Positions 24,159-30,276 of a stretch of 30,276 nt of DNA are shown piece after piece. The stretch lies in the NCBI GenBank assembly GCA_045837725.1, contig JBEWZL010000113.1, forward strand, positions 62,001 to 92,276, written 5' to 3'. Under the pieces are notes generated by a model. It did no database searches. It was not told where the DNA came from and was given only the letters and a program-made list of their open reading frames with translations. The stretch's first letter is position 1. Each line of letters opens with the position of its first letter. The DNA comes from Vermamoeba vermiformis. Taxonomy: Eukaryota. Both the position numbers and the translations under genes were made by a program.

Positions 24159-24911
24159 TTATTGGTGGTAGTTGTTCTGCGGAGGATACTGAGGCATATT
24201 TCCGCTATAATGAGGCCAAAATTGTTGATTTGGCATATTTACTACGAAATTAGTGCCCTGGTTAGGGAAATATTGTACCGATGCATCCGGATGTACAACA
24301 TTCGCGCTTGGCCAGACGTTAGAATAATTATTTCCATTGTTGTCGTAATAAATATGATCCGTATTTGGACCGACTAGTGGCTGCTGCAGATTTGGATGCA
24401 TGGCATTGGTGTTATTTTCATGCGGTCCTAGTCTTGGCGATGACTCTGGCGTATAGTATATTGGTGATGCACTTGAATAGGGAGTATGCGGAGTACTATA
24501 CGAGCTATGCGGAGTTGAACTGTTCGACCGGTTGTAGAATTCCTCGTTGACAAAGTTTGACTCGGATGACGGTTCGACGGTCTTTATATTATTAGCCGGT
24601 GTCACCTCGTCATGCGTATTGTCTTTGCGATCTTTCTTTATCCTTTTGATAATAATAGAGTCACCTTTTTGAATGCTCATACTATCTTTCAGCTTCTTGT
24701 AGTCTTGATCTTTCTTGCCCCGTACGTAGATCTCGTCCAATTCGTCCGCGTCGTCACTCCATTGATTTGCTTCTTTCAGCTTTTCAATAATCAATTGTCT
24801 TGGGCTTATTTTTCCATCGGATGGGATGAAGAGCTCTACGACTTGCTTATTGGATGCGCCACGATCCCGAGGGCTAGAGTTTCTTTTATCATTTGCGCGC
24901 TTTGGTTGCAT
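24159..24911 (-). CDS. Intronless family member 1: ~85-aa 'KL-x-W...KGD' domain + Ser/Pro/Asn/Gln/Tyr low-complexity tail
   Basis: 250-aa ORF. IIEKLKEANQW...LDEIYVR...YKKL...IQKGDSIIIKR aligns with the three paralogs at 25541, 26510 and 29683. Confidence 0.85.
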   Translation of the reverse strand: MQPKRANDKRNSSPRDRGASNKQVVELFIPSDGKISPRQLIIEKLKEANQWSDDADELDEIYVRGKKDQDYKKLKDSMSIQKGDSIIIKRIKKDRKDNTHDEVTPANNIKTVEPSSESNFVNEEFYNRSNSSTPHSSYSTPHTPYSSASPIYYTPESSPRLGPHENNTNAMHPNLQQPLVGPNTDHIYYDNNGNNYSNVWPSANVVHPDASVQYFPNQGTNFVVNMPNQQFWPHYSGNMPQYPPQNNYHQ

Positions 24912-25540
24912 CTGTTGTATTCCTTGGTCTTCATTACGACTGATTGAACGATTAGCAATGACGGTGGAGCAATTCCAACTCAGCGCTCACGTGGGCGCCA
25001 AGCTGAGAAAAATCGTTGAACTCAAAACAAAGACCACGTAAAAGAATTCCACAGCTCGCTCTTTATATGAATCTCGTTCTTCAATTTACGGGAACGGTGG
25101 ATTAATACCTACGTTTCAAATTGAATGGAATCTGTTGGTAAGTACGTCGATCCTCATCCAGTCCTAAGTTGAAATATTCAGAATATCGTCTAAATTATTG
25201 CAATAATATAATATAAATATTTATTGTTAATATTCATCCAGGAATCTGAGAGAATGTGCCAGGATTTGCTACCCGCTTTTGTTTTTCGATCGCAATTTTA
25301 ATTCCAATAAATTCCAGTAAATTCTTTTCATTTTCGTAGCAGGCACTAAAGCAATTATTGCCACTAGTACTAACCGTTAAAATTTAGCCGGATAATCCAC
25401 TGCATGTGTGCTCTTGGTTTGTCGGCATCTTCTGTTGAGTGTGTTTCTCGTGTTGTTGGCTTAGGTACGTCCCGCGACCTAATATTACCGCGCAATAGGA
25501 ACCTCGACTCTAATTTACTACTAAATCGATGGTACATTAT

Positions 25541-26014
25541 TTACATGTGGCTGTGTGAGAACGAGGATCCAGCGTCGCAATGAGAGTGGTGCGAGAACGA
25601 CGAGCTGTGACAATTGTCCATAGTCATAGAATTGATGATCGTCATTGCTGTGTAGCTATCATCATTAGGAGGAGAATAGGAAGACGAAGTGCCACCAGTA
25701 CGTCGAACCTTCTTGCGCTTGATCGTCTCGCCATCTCGCTTTCGTACGATAAAGAATTTATCGCCTTTTTGGAGCGTAAGTTTTGCAGGAGCAGTTCTGT
25801 ACTTCTCGTTCGTCTTCTCGTTGCGGATGTACAAAGTATAGATTTGGTCGGTCGTGGAGTTCCATTTGTCAGCACTGCTGAGCTTCTCGATGATTTTTTC
25901 TTGGATGTTGAGCTGCTTGTTGAGAGCCAAACGGATCTTGACCTTTTCGACTTTACGAGAACCCAGATTCTGGATCTTGACTTTGATAGTGACTTCGGAG
26001 CTCTTAGAATGCAT
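25541..26014 (-). CDS. Intronless family member 2: same domain + Ser/His/Cys tail
   Basis: 157-aa ORF. IKVKIQN...KVKIRL...IIEKLSSADKW...IYTLYIR...YRTAP...LQKGDKFFIVRK; tail GTSSSYS...IINSM is shared with member 4. Confidence 0.85.
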   Translation of the reverse strand: MHSKSSEVTIKVKIQNLGSRKVEKVKIRLALNKQLNIQEKIIEKLSSADKWNSTTDQIYTLYIRNEKTNEKYRTAPAKLTLQKGDKFFIVRKRDGETIKRKKVRRTGGTSSSYSPPNDDSYTAMTIINSMTMDNCHSSSFSHHSHCDAGSSFSHSHM

Positions 26015-26080
26015 GATTGTTGTTTGCCTTCGGTTTGAATTGAACGTAAGTACCTTGCCTCTTCGTTAAATAGTCTAAAA

Positions 26081-26089
26081 GCACGTGGT
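26081..26089 (-). promoter_or_regulatory. Candidate E/G-box promoter element ACCACGTGC
   Basis: Lies ~66 nt upstream of ATG 26014, in sense orientation. Confidence 0.4.
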
Positions 26090-26509
26090 CAGATTTTTCG
26101 TGGTGCAAAATTAGGCCTTTTTTTCCGTTTTCGCGATTTTATTAGCCGGTTTCGTCTGAAAGTCTAAGCTCACGACACGCGCCCAGATAATTTTAATTTT
26201 GAGGTATTAGCAGGAATCCCAAGGAAAGCTCTTAGGAGTCTTAAAGTCACCGTCTCCTTGAAGATCCCGAGAGAAAGATCCTGTGTTTTACGAGTACTAT
26301 TTACTGAACACACACCGTATCTGATTTGTGAAGGAGGACTCCTTGTCACAATGAGAATACGAGTTCGTGCCTCGCCAGTCCGAACCGTGGAGAGAACTAA
26401 GGAGAAAAGTTCAAAGCGAACGCGTAAGTGCAATCGAGATATTTACATTTATTTACAAATTACTAATTTTAAAATTGGAAGCTTTGCGGAGCAGGCGATT
26501 GGTGGTTGA

Positions 26510-26931
26510 TTAGTTGCAACGAGTGCGTAACAGCAATGTTTTCGTGGTGAATGTCGTGCCACTTCCGCGACTCCAGTTCCAGCCCCATTGCCCTGTGCTA
26601 CGGTCCCAGCTAGGACGGCCCCAGCTAGAATTGGAGCCCCATCGTTGCTTCTTCACTTTAACCCAAGGCACATTAGTTTCAATGAGCAATTCATCACCTT
26701 TGACAAGCGACGCTTCGGCGGTGCTTTCGTGGTACTCTGTATGGGCTTCTTTTTTCGAATACGAATCTTTGAGATGTCGCTGGCAGTCTTTACATTCCAC
26801 TTGCCTTTCTCGCTGAGTTTGGCAGCTACTTCTTCGAAGATACGGATCGGAGAGTACGCGATCAGCTTGATCTTGGTTTTGTCTTGAATGTTGGATAAGC
26901 GCACTGTGACAGTAATTTTCTTTCCGTTCAT
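26510..26931 (-). pseudogene. Intronless family member 3, split by a -1 frameshift (pseudogene, assembly error or recoding)
   Basis: The frame from ATG 26931 gives ITVTVRL...IFEEVAAKLSEKGKW...ISKIRIRKK. The family C-terminal motif LVKGDELLIE and a Trp/Gly/Ser tail lie in the -1 frame, ending TAA at 26512-26510. Confidence 0.7.
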
Positions 26932-27190
26932 TGTGTTTGTGTTGCGTGGTGTTTCGTAGAAAGAAAGTATCGAAACAAAGCGAATAAATAGTTACTATTT
27001 CGGCCGTTTTGGTACAACTTTCAATTTTGCGTTTTTCAAATTTTCTAAATGAGGCAACTGCAGTTGCGCAAAGTTTCGTTGCATATTTAGTACTTACAAA
27101 CTTTTGATGAACTGAGTCAAAGGCGAAACTGATCGTGCGATGGCAAGATTCGTTTTTTGTAACCAAGCTTTATTACAAGCCAGGTCAGCT

Positions 27191-28869
27191 TTAGAAAATA
27201 AAATCGCCATTCTCGGCAGTTGTAATAACCACGCAAGTATTGGCTCTATAACAAGTATCGATTTTGTAGTACTCTTCGACTACCTTTTCCGTAACGAACT
27301 CGGATGTAGTCCAAATATGGAGGATCTGTTTCGTCCATTTGTTCGTTTTTGCTGCTGCGGCAGTAGAGGCCTATTATAAAAACTATTAGCTATGTCCATA
27401 AGATAAAGTAGGAACTTGAACAGATCGCGAGTCTCGGATGCAGCTGGATTCGCGATCCTTAACGAGCTTCAAATAGGCTAGGTACTTACTATGACGCCGC
27501 AAAGCTTCTTATAGAGGAGTCCTCTAAGCTCTTCGATGGTAAAGATGCCTTTGTACTTCTTTTTAAGGTCTCTGAAGTTGATGATACGAGAGACAGACAC
27601 GCCCACGGCTTCTCCGTCAATATCGGCAAGATAATCCGTGATTTTAGACGTTGTTTTATACTAAAATAACCAGCATTAGAAAGTTGAGCAAAAAAAAAGT
27701 ACGGATGTTGCTCGGTCGATCGGCGCGACACGATCTACTCGTCGCTGGAGCCAGCAGCTTTAAATTTAGCTTACCTCGATTTCCATCTCCGTTTTGAGGA
27801 GCTTGGCACCAAAGAACTCTTCAAGGATTTCAAGAGAGAAGACCTCAGACCAGATGGAGTTACCGCCTTTACGTCGATCGATTAGAACTATCCGTTACAA
27901 AAAATCCTATTTCAATTATTTTCATGGCTTGTCACTTACCAGCATTAGGAGTATTAAGGATCTTCGTGGCTCCTTCGCCAAGCGTCACGTTCTTTCGATT
28001 GAAATTTTTCGCGAATCTGACCTTGTTGGTGATGATTGTTCCGAAGGCTGGATCTCGCATAGCCTTACGAAATCTAAAGTTAAATATGGAGGGCTGGGTC
28101 ACTACGAGGTCTTCTCTCGCGTAAATAGTACGATGTCCATCCCGCGCTGCTTTGAACTCGGCAAATCCGTTGGTAGGAGCAGGGATGCGAACCCTTTCGT
28201 AGTTCGTGGCAAGTAGCTTTGAGAGCGTAGCGTCTAGCCTTAATATCATCGTGCACATTGAAGATCTTCGTCACTATAGCCTTTCTGTAAGGATCTTCGT
28301 CAGATTTCCAAACTGGTCTTTTCGGATTTCTTCCGAGGGTATTGAAGAGCGCATTGACGACATGGCAAAATGCGTTGATTGTTTCTATGGCATTGTTCTT
28401 ATTGTAGGGCCATATATAACGATCTTTGAATTTATTGATGAAGTTGAAGTAGATCTTGTTGCAGCAGTCGTAATGACGATGAGGAGGAACTACTCGAGGA
28501 ACAAGACCGTAACAACAAACACTAGGTAAATTATGGTCAGTAAATTAGAATATTATAATTAATTCTAATTAATTTTTCAGAATTGAATCTGAAACGGAGA
28601 CTTACCCAGTAAGCACGCAAAAGACGCTGTGGCAACCCGCGATCGGGGCTGGTGCGAAGACTTTGATACTGCTGTAAAAGGCAAGCCTGAAGAAGATAAT
28701 AAGGAGTCTCGCAAGCGGTCACCACGCAAGCATCGGCGCATTCAGTAAGATTGGCAAGGAAGCAATTAAGCTCGGCCTCGACGTTGTTTCTATTGTCTAT
28801 AAAGAATCTATGTTTCATATCGTTGCAGTGGACATTGTTGAAAGTAACGGGGTTCATAACAGCCATCAT
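27191..28869 (-). CDS. AAC4-family protein (Dictyostelium 'AAC-rich mRNA clone AAC4'-like); 5' half has two frame discontinuities
   Basis: Exons ...-27940, 27866-27775, 27660-27490, 27370-27191 splice to TPNAG|GNSIWSEVFSLEILEEFFGAKLLKTEMEIE|YKTTSKITDYLADIDGEAVGVSVSR...LLYKKLCGVI|...WTKQILHIW...NTCVVITT...FIF*, the motif series I recognise from AAC4-like proteins. Upstream exon 28869-28606, intron 28605-28522. Confidence 0.85.
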
Positions 28870-29614
28870 TTTTGAGATTGAGTTGTGAATGTGAGTAGTG
28901 TTGGTGAAAGAGTGAGAGTTGAGTGAAAAGCGGACAAAGTGTGAGTGTTGTGTTTGATTTCGTGCAGAGAATCGAAAAGTTTAGGTTTTGTTAAATTAGT
29001 GAGAAAGGCAACAGAAAATTTGGTGGGCCAGATTCGTGCGCAAAAAAAATATCTATCTTTATCTCGTCTGCTCGTGTGAGACAACAACTTAACGCTCGTG
29101 CATTTAATTTGGTATTTGTTAAAAATTTAATACTAGTATTAAATCCAGGCAAGTCAGCACAAAAGGCTTCATGGCGAGCGCGGATTTACCTTGATTTTTA
29201 GAAAGAAATTATTTATGAAATGTAACAGTATATGAATCGTTACACTTAATAATGCTAGAAAACTTTCTATTATTAGGTAGTAGATATTTTGCCAGTTAAT
29301 TAGATTTGATCTTATTATATTGTCTTGGACGCCAGAAATCTACAACAATCGCTTACCACGAGCGATTATTTTTATTATTAATTAACGATATATTTGGTGC
29401 TCCGTTCTACGGAATGCAGTCGTTCCGCAGGTTTCGATTTCTGCATCCGGTGCACAAATCTTACACAGATTGTGACAACGGTATCTACGAAAGGATACAC
29501 TTTACATAGTATTTTCAGCAACTATTCATCGAGATTGCGTCGTTTTCTGTCAATTCTTGCTGAAATTCCAACCGATTTTGGATCCAGCAATTTTTGCCGC
29601 TTATCTGCACGAGA

Positions 29615-29623
29615 ACCACGTGC
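29615..29623 (+). promoter_or_regulatory. Candidate E/G-box promoter element ACCACGTGC
   Basis: Lies ~59 nt upstream of ATG 29683, in sense orientation. Confidence 0.4.
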
Positions 29624-29682
29624 TCCATCAGGTTTAAAGTTTTTGTTTTGATCTCACTAATTCAATTTCAACAACATTAAAC

Positions 29683-30171
29683 ATGCCACACAACGATAAA
29701 AAGAAGACGATCCGAGTCAGAGTGTCACTCGCTTTTTCGAGCAAGAGCATCCATTTGAAGCTGCCCAAGGACAAAGAAATTGATATATACGAAGCTATCG
29801 CACACAAACTAATGGAAAAAGGCAAGTGGGGCATCTACAGCGTTTTAGACATCGAAGAACTTGGTATGAAAAACAGATCGACCGTCGACAATTATTATCG
29901 ATGCCCGCAGCACATAGTCGTCACTAAGGGCGATAAATTCCAAGTAGTTAGTCGCAATGTCGAGAAGAAGGGACACGGCTTATCATATACAAAGAAGACT
30001 GTTCACCATCACGACCATCATCACGACAAGCAGCACGATCGCACCACATCCGGAACTTCGAGCAGCTCTTACGTGACTCCTGTAATGATTAATAGTATGA
30101 TGATCAATGCCGATTGCAATGCTACCGCGTCGAATTGCGACTGTGGGTCTAATAATTGTAATAACTTGTAA
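29683..30171 (+). CDS. Intronless family member 4: same domain + His-rich/Ser/Cys-rich tail
   Basis: 162-aa ORF. IRVRVSL...IYEAIAHKLMEKGKW...IEELGMK...YYRCP...VTKGDKFQVVSR; tail HHHDHHH...GTSSSS...MINSM...DCNATASNCDCGSNNC. Confidence 0.87.
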   Translation: MPHNDKKKTIRVRVSLAFSSKSIHLKLPKDKEIDIYEAIAHKLMEKGKWGIYSVLDIEELGMKNRSTVDNYYRCPQHIVVTKGDKFQVVSRNVEKKGHGLSYTKKTVHHHDHHHDKQHDRTTSGTSSSSYVTPVMINSMMINADCNATASNCDCGSNNCNNL

Positions 30172-30276
30172 ATAAATTTTGAAACTTCTTCACGAACTGT
30201 TTGGATCCTGTTTTTGAAGTTCTGCAAATTGAATACGAATACGATGGTGAAAACTCGGTGCATTGAACTCCAACCC

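Noticed and set aside
26510-27166. 218-aa ORF from the ORF track
   Set aside because: Only its last ~65-80 codons match the family. The true N-terminus is in another frame starting at ATG 26931.
27867-27890. Upstream TAG acceptor inserting VLIDRRK into the AAC4-like protein
   Set aside because: The downstream AAG acceptor follows a CTAAT branch point and restores the conserved TPNAGGNS motif.
28217-28274. Possible 58- or 40-nt intron (GTGACG/GTGCAC...CTCAAAG) that would fix the second frame switch
   Set aside because: The donors do not match the GTAAGT/GTACGT/GTATGT pattern, and the segment has coding-like codon usage. Not excluded without RNA-seq.
28080-28434. Genome-wide stop-codon frameshifting or an alternative genetic code as the explanation for the frame switches
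   Set aside because: Other genes in the window end normally at TAA, TAG and TGA and have uninterrupted frames.
29395-29456. tRNA-like hairpin GCAGG-TTTCGATT-TCTGC resembling a T-arm
   Set aside because: The loop is 8 nt, and I could not build a D-arm, anticodon arm or acceptor stem.
1-30276. Prokaryotic systems, CRISPR arrays, transposases or viral hallmark genes
   Set aside because: No regularly spaced repeats, terminal inverted repeats, or transposase, RT or capsid motifs seen. The genes have spliceosomal introns.

Overview
Gene-dense, intron-rich eukaryotic nuclear DNA with the standard code. Introns are mostly short (~45-100 nt, a few up to ~360 nt), with GTAAGT/GTACGT/GTATGT donors, CTAAY branch points and YAG acceptors. 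Gene content and architecture suggest an amoebozoan-like protist (inference). By hand splicing I reconstruct about 19 genes: a partial membrane protein, a theta-like GST, a signal peptide + PA domain + 7TM receptor-like protein, a GPI-type plant-like LRR surface protein whose LRR introns all fall at one repeat position, an RDH-like SDR, three paralogous surface proteins (beta-rich domain + degenerate CAP domain + DUF4215-type Cys repeat + mucin stalk + GPI-like tail), three F-box genes (one fused to an RWD domain), an NmrA-like protein and an atypical Rho GTPase. The last 7 kb holds four intronless paralogs sharing an unrecognised ~85-aa, possibly ubiquitin-like domain (one split by a frameshift), a small orphan ORF, and an AAC4-family gene whose 5' half needs two successive +1 frame switches. 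I saw no rRNA, convincing tRNA, CRISPR array or recognisable mobile element.
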